Shown in pieces: positions 15,801 through 29,100 of a stretch of DNA of 64,000 nucleotides. The DNA is from Balanoglossus misakiensis. Its lineage: Eukaryota > Animalia > Hemichordata. The DNA is taken from contig CM082589.2 in NCBI GenBank assembly GCA_040954595.2, positions 5,098,213 to 5,162,212 on the forward strand, given 5' to 3'. The notes beneath the pieces are model-generated. The model worked only from the letters and a program-made list of their open reading frames with translations, ran no database searches and was not told the origin of the DNA. Each line of letters starts with the position of its first letter. Position 1 is the first letter of the stretch. The translations under genes were made by a program, and so were the position numbers.

Positions 15801-18800
15801 GGTTTACATGCATCAGTGACTTTTCAGTTATTCGGACTTGATCAGCACCAACTAGATCATGATGTCCTTGTTTTTTTTTTCTCAGGATATTACACCCGAA
15901 GTGGTTACGTGCCTGGTCCCATATGTAAGTACACCTGGTCTAAAGTCTGGAACCAAGTCAAGGAATTAAATGAAAAATTTAACAACAGGGTGAGTTCTGT
16001 AAGATCTTGACATCTCATATCTCACTGGGTTAATGTAGCCCAAGAAATAGCGTAATGTCTCAGTCTAGTACATTGATAGCTGAACCCAGACATGATATAT
16101 ATATTCAATATTTTGTACATGTATGCTGTCATCCAACAGGCCCGTATTTTTAGTTACTTGACCATCGACAACGGAGAGGAATTTCCGGGCCGACTGGCGT
16201 GCGACAACCGAGGCAGCATGAAGAAACTATTGAGTGGTAACAACTTGATCTCGCAGATGAATAATTACTTTGAGTTTCTCTCTTCCAACACTGAGGGCAC
16301 TAGTGGCCTGTGGACATCTCCGTACCTGGACGCCTGGGGGCTTGGCTTGATGGTCACCATAGCGATACCTGCTGTCAGCAGAATAACAAACAAGTGAGTT
16401 GACTGTGAAAAGTCTCTGACCGACCAAATAAAGTGTATCTTGGTTTGTGGGTTTCAATTTTACTCATAATGCTATGTAACCCTGTACTGCACTGTAATGA
16501 CATTCATTGGCAATAAAATTAACAGGTTCTCCCTCCCCTCCCCCCTCCCCCAGGGTTATCGGAGTGGCAGGAATCGACGCAACTCTTGAAGAAATTGAAA
16601 ACTTGATCGTCAATGAACAGTGGGGCAGTGTGTACGCCTTCCTGATCAACAACGAAGGAGAAACCATCTTCCATCCACTGATGAAACCAAGCAGCAATGT
16701 AAGATACTGGGAATGATTTCCAGTTTCACTGAAGTGGTGATTGTTGTAGACTACCATAGAAAAAAAATTATACTGAAGAAGAAATTATGTCGTGGGGCAA
16801 AAACATTGTTTGTAAATTATGTTACAATGGTGTGCTTAAACACATAGATTAAATTTACTGAAATTTCATGAAAAACAAGAACTGATCATTCTGTGTGTTC
16901 GCTTAAGGGCAAACAAAAGTTTCATGGACACTTGTAATGAGGGCGCATTTCCCTTATCTCTACAGCTCGTGGACGACCCAATCTTCATCCCGATATCTCA
17001 ACTGGAGCAGAGGGATGGAACGCCCGAGAACTTCACATACGTTGAAGATGCGATGAAGAAGAGTGAAAGTGGATTTCTTAGAATTGAAAATGCCTACAGA
17101 GGCTTGCCAAAGGTGAATGTGAACAGATAATAGTTTGTCAGAGGTTTGAAATACCAAGCTCTAAAATCAAGTATGATTCAATTTATCATCTACTAAGTAG
17201 ATACTTTTACACCCTAGCCGAAGGAATTCCTCTGAGAACACACCTCACAAACACTTTTGTTTTATTCATTTTCCTTTTTCTTCACAGGGTGACTTTGCAG
17301 ACGGGGTCAAATTAATCCAACAACCTGCGACGTATTATTATACCGCCCTCAACAACTCTGTCTACAGCTTTGCTTTCAACTTGGGCGACTCTGACATGGT
17401 AAGACAGCCATAAGTGCCTAGAGCTCATAGACTATATTGTGATGAGCTGTTCACATCTACTGTATACTATTATATTTCGATTACCATTGACTACCTCATC
17501 ATTTTGTCTTTTCTCATTTACAGACTTTCAGGCGAACTCACGAACCCGACGACACTTTGAGAAAAAAGTTACCAATCAGCTACTTCAATTTGTTGATTGA
17601 GTATAACAGTAAATTAGGAAGAGAGATTTTGCCAGGTGAGGTGTCAAGACAACATTGTCCTGTCTGTTTGCATATCTTGTACATTTTATGTAGATTTCTT
17701 ACTGGTAGGATATGCACAATAAGTCATCTGTGTGCAATGGCGCATAATCAAGGCCAAAATTCTGATTCTGATTTTCAAAAGTTATAAATATAGGTCTGAA
17801 AGTTGAAAATATTGTCTTGAGAGTTGAAAATGTTGGCCCAAGAGTTGAGAATGCGCATCTGAATTTGAGCCTTGGTTACACCCCATACTGATACAATATA
17901 TGCAGACGTGTGCTGTGTAGAAACCAGTACATTCAACAACTGTCCAGACACCCTGAGCTGTTCGGTTTAGACACGTTTTACTGTATTTTGCATCCAAGTG
18001 TGTGTGTGTATATATATACATGTATCCCTATGTCTGATTATTTTGTGTGATTTTTTGGGGTGTTTACTACACAATCGTAGGAGTATACGAAGAGTTGGAT
18101 GTCAAGACTGAAGAGAAGAAATACCCAGGGTTAAGAGTGTCCTACAAGCACAGTTCATTTATGCTCGCACCTAAGTGTTACTGCGATCCCAACTGGTACC
18201 TGTTCGACGAAGATTTGGCCAACAAGACAGTGACTGCTCATTTGTTTATGAATGGCAATGACACTGCCAGAGATTGCACCGAGGGCAGCGTCTTTGAGAA
18301 GAATATTCGGTAAGAGTGGATGAGTGCACCGTGCGTTGTCTTGCTTTTGTGATGTTTTATTTTTAAATCAATGATCTTTTCATGCAAAAAACAATCAACT
18401 TCTTGTGATTTGAGAATAAGGATGAGTGACAGTTGATTTCTTCAATAGCTTGTTGTGCTCATGTTTTTCGGAATGGCAACACTCCACGTTTTATCGTCTC
18501 AAGATAATGTAACAATTCTTTTGGACTAATCCATTGTGGTAGAAGGGAAAATTATCCCACCTACTGCAGCTGACATCTAGATCAGTTGCCACCTGACTTT
18601 ACAAGCCATTCAATCAAGAGAAAGTAAACTCAAACCACCATTGTTTATCTTTCATGGTGAGCAGAGCTGATGTTCTGATCACGTCGCAAATTGAAGAAGT
18701 CTGGAAGAGTCGCAAGTTTGAACTGTTGAAGGACGTCAAATGGACCTACATTGGTTTGAGAAGTGGCACTTTCCGCACCTACCCTGGGCACAGATCACGG

Positions 18801-21575
18801 AGAACATATGATCCCACAAAGTAAGTGGTTACGTTGTGGTTTATTTATTCTGATACATTAATACATAAGTATATGGTCACCGCTTTTTTGCCATATTTTT
18901 ATACCCACATGTGGTCGAAAAAGGACTTGCCTAAAAAGTGTTTTCACTACCATAGAGTAACATGTTTTCCATATTGTAATTCCAAAATGTTTACTATTGT
19001 ATAGTTTTCTTTTTAAAGAATAGAATGATCAAAAGGTTTAAATGAGATTCGGTGATGTAATACCAGTGACGCTGTCATATTATTTTCCAGACGCCCGTGG
19101 TTTCACCGTACAATGACCAATCCTGACAAGACGGCAATATCCACAGCCTACATGGATGCAGCAGGAGTCGGAAAAATCATCAGCATCTCGCAGGCCATAT
19201 TTGAAGGAATGCCAGAGCAGACACGAGAAGAGTGTGATATGGTGAAAGGCAAGAAACCTGGCGGCTGTGTTTGTAATTCCGATGAAGACTGCTTTTCAGG
19301 TAAAAAGACATCCACCCACGACCTGCAATTTATGACATAATATTATCAGGGGTTTAAACTCAGGTCACGAGATCGCATCGGCAATATTTGAGAACACTGA
19401 CAACTAAATGTAGATTGTGACAGTAGTTGGGAAGGATAATATAATGCAATGACAAGCCAGAATGTTGAAAAATCCCTACTTTACTTAGCTCTAGCGTTCT
19501 AGGTGTTCAGTGTTTAGAAACTGAATGTTATCCCACTTGCTTACTCATTTGCATAAACTCATTTGCATTGTCTGCAGGTCTTGATCAAAATTTTAGAAAA
19601 AATGTGGAAAAAGTTGTGAGAGTATTTTTTGAAAGATGACTATGAGTTGACTGTGGCAAGTGTTTGTTTGACACCCTGCAGGGAAATGTTACATCAGTAC
19701 GGCACCTGGCTATGATACAGAACTCACCAGGTGTGCCTCTGAGAAAGTGGAGGCAGTCACAGCACTGGACATTCTCTACAACGACTTCCACGGAAACGTC
19801 TACGCAACCATGCAGTCCACCAATGGCGAGAAATCGTGTGGTCTGAAATACACCTGTCCCAGTGGAGAAGAGGGATGCCAAACCAGGTGATCGTCTCAAC
19901 TATATTCAAATATCCAAATTATATGTAGATAAACAGGTGGTTATGAAACTGCAGGGTGTTGACAATTGTGTGTGGGCACAGAAATACAAGACAACATTAT
20001 TGCATAATTTAGTATAAACATGAAGAACGCAAAGCTAGATAAAAACAAGTCACAAACAACCAAGACAATATTTTTTTCTCTCTCTCTCTTTTCAGGTGTT
20101 ATCTTTTTGACAACTTTGCTAACTTGGTGACGGATCCTGAGTTCATCCACGCCAGTGATTTGGATGAGAGGCAATACAAGAGAGTTTCATTTGGGAAAAA
20201 AGAGGGTGAAATTATGCATGAACTTATCTACAAACACAATTTCTTCGAGAGAAAGGAACAGATTGATTTCCAAGGCTCCTGCAGTGTGTCACCTTATGCA
20301 CCAAAGGTAATGATGCCAGTATGAATTATTACAAAACAGTTGAAATTCTTCATATCTTGAATATTTTATACTTTATGCTAGGGTGTCATAGTTGTATGTG
20401 ACCAATTTGTGCATGTGACACAAGGTGAAGGTTCTTACATAAAGGATATATTTTGATATAATATTTTGAACTCTAACCGTAACAGGTGACCCTTGAAGGA
20501 ATCGCCAAGACGCCAGAAGAACTCGATGATTATTTCAGGAATAAGGGACCAATTCCTTCATTTTCTAATAATTTTGGCTGCATTCAGGACGTGGTGGGTT
20601 ACCAAGCCAACAGCTCAGCCCTGGGTAAGTGCAACATCAGAAGAATGTGGAATAAAATAATGTGTTGCACACACAGTGGACATGAGATAGTGAAGCTGTA
20701 GCATGTGAGCTAAACAACAAACAACAGATGCGAGAATGCGCACTTAGGAATATGTGCATTTTGATAGAAGTTTGACGCACACAGTTTTGTTAGTGCTGTG
20801 GTCCATTTGAAATGCAAGTTTCACCTATTGAGATTCAGTTACATTACGACCATCATATGCAAGGGATCCAGTCTGAAGTTACTGACTTTTCTCTGTTATA
20901 TCTCCAGGACCGAGCGGTATGCTGACAGGCAATATCACAGGTCCGTGCAAATCCGGTTTCTATTATCTCACTGCGTTGCCGAAAACCAACCTCTTCCTGC
21001 TGGTCATCGAGAACTGGAAGAACGAGAGCGAAGGCAACTTTTTTAACTTCAATTGTAGGATTACTAATAGGTGAGAAATAATCAAGAACAGACTATTTGG
21101 TGATTATAAGATACAGTCAATCCTCTGTATAGTGACTTTCCTAAATTAGCCTTTGTAGACAGGTGACTTTACTGCACACATACATTGCACAGGGACTGTG
21201 ACGAAGTATCCACTATGGACAAATTTCCGCTAGATAGCAGCAACATGTACAGCATAGCAGAAATATAAATCAACTGAATTATATGAAACTGTATTAACAT
21301 ATTTTGCAGATTGCATGTTTTTTTCATTTTATCTTCATTGACCATTAATATTTTTATCTTCTCCGCCCAGCATATCAGGCACTGGAGCTTTCAGAATTAT
21401 CAACGGAACATGTGCTCACACCGATGAAAAGGGAAGCCTGTTATTGGAGCAGAAATGTCCAGTTATTAAAGACATTGACATAGATTGTAGCTACGATTCT
21501 GCTAGTATTACAGCCATTGACCGCGTCGTGCTCCTGGTGGGCGTTCTGTTTTGTTTGTTGAGCTCTGGAAGGTGA
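12813..21575 (+). CDS. VWA and Cache domain-containing protein, CACHD1-like / voltage-gated calcium channel alpha2delta family; about 1193 aa, 22 coding exons
   Basis: Exons 12813-13007, 13291-13440, 13594-13742, 14294-14446, 14542-14706, 14909-15037, 15240-15368, 15498-15619, 15886-15989, 16140-16393, 16554-16698, 16966-17112, 17288-17398, 17524-17635, 18081-18309, 18665-18820, 19091-19299, 19682-19886, 20096-20306, 20486-20624, 20908-21070 and 21371-21575 sum to 3582 nt in frame. Signal peptide (SAVVVLATVFSLVGPART); WQYFGSKDGILRMYPG; YDPRVRPWY; VWA start PKDVVIILDCSHSM; IIVVTDG; WTSPYLDAWGLG; VIGVAGID; YAFLINNEGETIFHP; second Cache FRTYPG..YDPTKRPWF..STAYMDAAGVG; LPKTNLFLLVI; hydrophobic C-terminus. 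Orthology to CACHD1 versus CACNA2D is not resolved. Confidence 0.9.
17737..17886. mobile_element. MITE-like element with imperfect terminal inverted repeats of about 30 bp (intronic)
   Basis: Left end ATGGCGCATAATCAAGGCCAAAATTCTGAT aligns with the reverse complement of the right end, ATGGGGTGTAACCAAGGCTCAAATTCAGAT. Internal short repeats AGTTGAAAAT. No clear TSD. Confidence 0.55.
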
Positions 21576-23116
21576 AAAGGTGCATTCTGATAAATTTGCT
21601 GCTTGATCCTTTCGTGTTTAGAAAGAAGTGTGCATTTTCTGCACGTAGGTGTAAGAAATACTTGCTGTGCATCAAGTGCAAAAAGGCAAGTGCACACATG
21701 TATGCAAGCACACACAAGAAATTACGGATTTCTTTGCATGTGTTACTCTTCTATGTGCAAGAAATGTAATGCTATGCACATATGCAAACATACACTTGCA
21801 CACGCACACATAGGCACCAGTCAAGTTTTAAAAGACATGTTACCCAGCCCAGCCCTTGCCAGACTGCTGGTACAGAAAATTGAAGACATGGATATGAACC
21901 TTGACCTTGACAATAATGCCCTTGTCAGTTGTAAATATTTAAAATACCAGTTACTTCATTGAGTCAATGCAACTTTCTTCACAGTAGGGTATATATTTTG
22001 TTCTGCGAATCTAATTGTGATTAGGAAATCGAAAATTGAAGCAATAATTGTAAATTTTCACTTAATTTAAAATTTAAAACTCAAGGAAACCTTTCCAATA
22101 AATTAACTTATCAAATCTGATATAAAATTGTACAGAAATTGTACAAGAATTCTTATATGATAATTATATAATAATAATAAATTAATTAAATTATTTAATT
22201 CAGACATCTCAATAGAGTATAAACCCTTATAAAGATACTTGAGTATAAAACATACTGGTTCAGCTATTGTTTCCTTGTATTGTTTGCTGCTTTGAGATTA
22301 TTTGCCCAAATCATGCAAAACAATGCATTTGAGAGTTTTTAGTGTTTAAATTATTTGAACATTCATGAATGCAAATGCATGATAATGTACTTATTTCCAT
22401 ATTCACTGTCACTTTGTAATGCTTATCTGTCTTTGTCATATGTTTGATTTGTTAGATGGTACTTAGTACAAATCTGTTGCTTTTATGTAGGATGGACTTT
22501 TACTTAGTATTTATTTCACATTGTGAAGTGTACAATGCCATTTAAAGTATACTGGTATTCAGTTCTAAAACAGTAGTTTTCACTTTTATGATGATCTTCA
22601 CAGAGCATTTTAAATCTATTTTGAGGCATGTTGTGTTCTTACACAAACTTGTATTTAAATGACATTTTTCAAGTTTAAAAACTTTTATTTAAATCTGGTC
22701 ACCTGGTGTATGGTCATAATAAACTATTTACTGTTTGACGACTCTGTTTTTCGCACTGAAAGTGCAACGGCAAGATCGAGGAGATCACTTAGTGTAAACT
22801 TAGGGAGTACGTATCATATTAGGTCATTTAGGGAGCCCTTTGATTTGTGAATACTGCGCTCGTATGAGAAACGGGTTTACCTAATCCCACGTCAACTGAA
22901 CTAGATTTTCTACATTCAACATGTTGTCACTGCTTCAAAAGGGGAAAATTCAACATTTTCTGATCTAACACCCCTTTGTCGCAGAAAACATCTACCATAG
23001 TGTCAGTTTTACAAGTCCTTTTAGACAACAACGCTCAAAGTCCGAAGTTTCAGGCTGCATCATTTTGTTACTTCGATATCGACTGCTCATCCGAGCACGA
23101 CCGCCACTCCGATAAG

Positions 23117-26100
23117 ATGTCGACGAAGACCTTTTTGAAATATTCGTACGGACTGTTAATATTCGTCTTGGGCTTTGCCATGGACGGTAAGTAGAATCTG
23201 TAATTATGGCAGCTTTTGCGTCTAAAATAGCATGTAAAACAATGATTTTCGTCGCCCCCGAACAAATACTCCCCGAAAGTGAAAACCAATTTATGCAAAT
23301 CGTTCCAGGTGCACATCCTCACCGCATGAATATTTTAGGCGTGGGAATTTGGAAGAGGCGATAAACGACCGCTTATCTATAGTTTTATTCAATCTGCCAA
23401 CTTCGGGTACTGATACATGTAATTAGGGATTGCATCCGCACAGGGATCTGTTTGTGAGGCTTCCTTTACTAATACTAATAAGACATCAAACAGTATTGCG
23501 TATCAACACTTACGCTTCATTAACATCAAATGACCATCACGGTTTTTGATATGACTTGTCTTATGCGCGCCTGTTCTATCTTTTATTACATTCACGATTT
23601 GCCCGAAGTGTGCCATTTTGTGTTAAGAGTGTACGATCGGTGAAATTGAAAGTACATGTATTGTCATTTCTTTTAAAATGCGTGTTGTTGGATTCTCCTT
23701 TGCAAGTATGATAAAAGGCCGTAATAAAATATGGGGGTAAACGTGCTTGATTTTGAAATACCACAAACTGAAATGGGAAGTCTGCCATTCTAGACTTAAC
23801 GATTATTCCTAAGAAATCAGCTTTTACATCAGCTTTAATGGCACACCATTTAAATTCGTGTCACGACAATGGAAGTACAGCAGTTTTCCATTTTCCCATT
23901 TCACTCCGTTGAATATACTGGAGTCTGCACGCTAATGTAAGCATGAACGCGTGGGTCACTCTAATCTAGGACGCGGTGACATTCAAAGGCGAAAACTTCA
24001 CACTTTTTTCTTCTTTTCCCTAGTTCAATAACGTCAGCCCCATTTATCTGTCCATTTGCACCTCTTCGGTTTGTGTACTACAAGTAGGCGATCTCGAAGT
24101 ACGGAGATCACGTCCTTTGTTCAGCGGCGCTGACTGAACTCGACCAGTGCATACACGCCAAGGCGACGTCATACCGTAAACTAATCACGACTTAACTTGG
24201 ATGCCCGGAAGCCACCCGCTTCGAAATTGAAACTCAGTCCTCGCTATTAGCTGCACAATCAGTAACAGGAACAGACAAAGCGAACGTAACGCGAGACGCA
24301 AACGAGGAACTTGAGATCGCCTGATTTTATATCGGGCCCAGTACCCATCCCTTTCCCCGGCGGCGCGGCCTACATCAGATCTGTCTGATAATGAGCAATT
24401 TCATCCGATCACAAATCGACCACCTGATGATTTCCGGCGCTTCTCAGGGTACGCGGAAGCAGTCAGTGTGAGTTCTAACTTCTGATAGAAGGATGGATAT
24501 CAAATTTTAATTCTACGAGACCTCTGAGTCGCATCCCGAGCGTGTCAGAAAGTTGACGTCCAACTGCTTCTAGTCACATTCCCATCATGTAAATATAGAC
24601 GTAAACGACGAGCAGAAGTATTTAGAACACCGCTGTAGACGAGACACCAATTATTTAAAAAACAAATTTGTGCAGACAGCAATTACCGGACCGCCTCGTT
24701 TCGCGGTTTGTTTGAATACTTACCTCATGGGGCAGATGTTATCGATATTGCAATGGTTAGGGACACGCAATTGTCTGCCATCAGCGCCAATATTTCCAAG
24801 CATGGAGACCGATCGACTCTCAAAAAAAACCCCGAGCAAACATACTCAGCAAACAATTTTAAATTTCACAGTGTCAGTGGTTTGGTACTTCGTCATTGCA
24901 GTTGGTAACTAGCTTAGAGATAAACTATATCATGACATTTAAAGTTTCTCGGCTATCGAAGTATCATTTGTTGGAGAGAGTCTAAATGAGCCGAGCTTTG
25001 AACTAGCCGCCACTATTGGATATTTCTGGAACAATTTTCATTTTCCCAGGAGTTACCATGGTTACTGCCCCCAGAGCTTTAATTTGAAGAGGGGAAATTG
25101 GCCACGTTCACGCGCATTGTTCGACGATGGTACATCATATCACCCAATGAGACGCCCAGAGAGATATGAAAGCCTACAAGCAGAACGTCATTTCCTACAA
25201 GGCAGGTGTTTAGTTGTGGGAAAATAGATGTAGAAACCGCATCAAAGGTCCACTCGAGTTAAACTGAATAACGATTTGATTGGGGATGCGATATTGGCAT
25301 CAGAATATGAGACCGAGCCGCGTTGGGTTTCTTTTTTCAAGCTGCAAGTTCAGGGAGTACTTGGGAGTACTTCTTTATCCAAACCATCTGGTTAGAGTGT
25401 TACTCCTGAATGTTATAGTTAGATAGAGTCTAACAAAATAAGTCCCGTTATTTGTATTTAGAGCAAAGCAAACACTGTGGTTTCAGTGCCAGAACAATCA
25501 GGATTTACATCGAAACACAAACATGAAAACAGAAAGGTTGCAAACACCGTATCACTCGGAGTAATATCAGAAAAACATCGAAAGGTCATTTACTAAATAT
25601 TTCCGTCAAGAGTTATCTATATACATTCAAGGATTGTTGACACAGCAGACTTCATCATTTTGTTCAATATCATATAATTACGGGACTGGTGTGCATTTAA
25701 TGGGTTTCCTACTTGTTGATTAAAACCGCAGAATCTACAGTCCACTGATTGGAGTGACAACTGACAACAGAAATTACATTTCCTGTGTCTACAAATAGAA
25801 CTCGATATGACGCGAAATAAAATACTCTTCTCTAATTGAATGGGGAGTGTTTCATTTCTAACGCCGAACACGTCCGGACCATTTAACCTCTGCAGGTGCC
25901 TCGGAAGACACTTATAGCTGCAAAGGGTTGCAAGGGGTTATGGTTTACATGATGTACTATTGTGGTAACCAGGTGTACACGTGAAATGCGCATGCGTAAC
26001 ATATAAATTGATACCATCCCGGATGTCTTAGATTGCATCATTTGTTAAGGGATGTTGTCTCAGACACATTTTGTGTATCTTCTCGGTGAGTGGGTGATGA

Positions 26101-29100
26101 TTTTCCCGAAGTCTTGCGCATGGATGTTCACGCTGGTATTTCTGGAGGGCACGTGTAAGAGTAATGAGCGCAATCAGGTTACCCGTCCTTCAGGGATCTC
26201 GATTTCTTTGCGTTGCATTACGTTTTCTCGAGTTCCCCCGGCAGACACAGGCAACATTTATGTCTCCGATGTACTCGAAGATCTTAAGTGGTTTTTCCGA
26301 TGGTGCACCAGACTCCGTGGCCATCTATGGTAAATTATTAAGCGAATTTACAGGCTGAACTTTTCTTATTGAAATACATGTATGGTTTTAGCATCCATAA
26401 CCAGCTAGCCACTCATCAACAAACCCATCCGCACATCCGGCAACCAACCCACGCACTCACCTACCCAAACACCCGCCCACCCGCCCAGCACAAATTCATC
26501 CATGCAAAGTCTAGGAACAAACAGCGTACTAATCTCAGCAGATACGAACCCGATTACGTCAACAGTCTCCAGTACGTGAATTATTAAAGACATACTCACA
26601 TTACCCACTGGCGCTTTGAAATCGGATGAAATGAATGTACATACAAATGTACACAGCTAAGAAGCTATCACAAGTGAACTTTCGAAACGGAACCACTCAC
26701 GCCACCGCAGGAAAATATTAATAAAGGGTTTTTCTAGCCTAGAATTATTCATCTTGTAAAGGCCCTACCTTTGTTCGTACGTAGAGCTTTGATATTTCCA
26801 TCAGATTCAGACTCAACATTAATATACATGTTTTTCTAATCACACTTGGTGAGATTTGTCACGATACGATAACATTACTATCTCAAGGCTCTAACTGATG
26901 TATGATATAGGAGGCTATAGAAAAGATATGATGCTTAATATCTACAAGGTAATTCGACGCTGAGCACAGTAAAACTCCCATACCTGCATAAATTTTTCAG
27001 TGTTGTTTTTTTCCGTATTCATATTAGCCAGCTATATACAAACATCACACTTTAATTCGACATCAGGATGTATTAACTATTTACAAACCGACGGGGAAAG
27101 TAACCGCGTAAAGTAATCAAAGTACGCCGTTCTGGCAAATACTGAATCTTGTTTATACAGCTAGACCCACGCAACCTGCAATGTACTGTCCAATATACTT
27201 ACCTGGTAAGCCTAAAGCCACTTCAGGAGGCAGAAAGTGTACTTCCATATGTTCCTAAAAGACAGATTTCTATGTTACTTAGGTCATGTGAACTTTGCCC
27301 TTCATAACAGTGGGATAATCTCCCGGTACACCTTGTTGTATTTACACCCATGGATTAACTGCCCCGGGTATGTCATGTATATTTTTATCATCTACTTATG
27401 AATTTCAACTGTCGCTGTAGGATTTTCAATCATCTTAAGTTTGCAATATCGGTGGTTTCACCACCATTATTTGTTAATGGTTCCTATGGAAACATACAAG
27501 CGTTTGCAATATTGTAGGTTTTAGCACAGCCAGCTCAAACGTCTCCTCGATTCTTCTGAGCCCCTGATTATTGTTTGTGAAAGTTGCCGTAGAATTGATC
27601 CGCGAACAAACAGACTGACTTTTGAAATATTTAGCATTGATATAGACGACACCATCGTGTATTCATTAAATGTGAAGTAGGCCCTACAAATCGTATCGCG
27701 TTGCATGCATGGCCGGATTATGTGGTAATCAAGTTGTCGTCTCCTGCCCGTTACTCTCCTCTCTCGCCTTCCGTTCGATTTTTAAAACGATCATACTTGT
27801 GTTTAATGGGGCGTTCCTCTCTTAGTGGTCACAGGTCGAAATGGCGCGCGTAATCTTGCAATAAAATGTCATCGCTAGTTTTAGGCAGGAGTTGTTATGC
27901 ATACAAAACGGTGAGATCGTGCCCCGAAGACTTACAGGCTGCCGTAGAGAAGTTTTCACTTTGTGCTAGGGGGTCAAATCACATTATAATAATTGCATTC
28001 TGGGTAAAAGATCGACACCTTACTGTAGTAAGAGATAAAAGAAATGATATGTTGACTGTATTTCCTGACTACCTTTGGTCAAATAATTATTTCTTGGTTG
28101 TTAGAATATTAAACTCACACTTGACAATTGAATCTTTAAATGTCTATATTGGTCATGTTTCTCAGATGCATTCCATGGAGTTGCAGAAGTACACAGCAGG
28201 CTCTTCAAACAGATCATGACTGAGTATAACAAGATGGTGTTACCCATGAATGACAGCACCAAGCCTATCGTCGTCAAGATGAGTCTAAGTTTCTACCAAG
28301 TCGTTGATGTGGTAAGTCTTTCAAGATATAGTCATTTTTATTGGCTGCATCCCCGAAGACATGCGTACAAATTATTAACAGAAGAGGCTCTTCTTATTAT
28401 GCTTGATCGTATACGCCATAGTGATCTTCATGTATATACCATTTGGGGCTAGGTAAGGTCCTCGAAACGGAAGAAACCCTAAAGACCTAACCCTAAACGG
28501 CATTACAAAGATACCGCCGCATAGACCCACGCAAAACATACCACTTTTGGAATTCCTTTATGTATTGTATTGTCAGGTTATTTATCTTCACCGCAGTGTC
28601 CATGTGCTCATCTGGATGCAATTATGTAGAGCACATCAAACTCTTGATCTTGCAGTCGTCAACTTTAAGGTCACAGAAGTACATAGCTACAGGGCATGGG
28701 GCATAGGGGAACGGTAATTCACTCAGTCGATGCTACTGACTAAAAGTGCTTCGTGTCAGGTTGTCGCTCAGCAGCTCGGGGTCAGAGGTCGAGTACATCA
28801 TTCCCCCGAATCAATCCTCTGCAAATCTTATTTTCTGCCCATTACCTTCCCGAATAACATTAGTAATTCAAGATGAAGCAAGTCACATAATTCATGTTGA
28901 TTGTATTCGAATGATATATGTTGATGGGACGCACAAAAACGGTCAACAACACGGAACATCTTCATTCGTATATGGCAATAAAAAGCCTAATGGCGTTTAG
29001 TCCGATTTCAATAACGTAATCAGCAGTAAAAATGTATTTGTAAAATTTAATGTTGATAATATAATAACATCGGTGCTTTCACCAGAGTAAAATATGTCGT

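Noticed and set aside
26164-26358. Possible alternative first exon of the nAChR (phase-1 donor-like ATG|GTAAAT at about 26329)
   Set aside because: The encoded peptide lacks a hydrophobic signal sequence; there is no support without transcript data.
27195-27215. ATACTTACCTGG, identical to the 5' end of U1 snRNA (a shorter match at about 24716)
   Set aside because: Similarity stops after 10-12 nt, with no U1 stem-loops or Sm site. It is simply the reverse complement of a splice-donor consensus.
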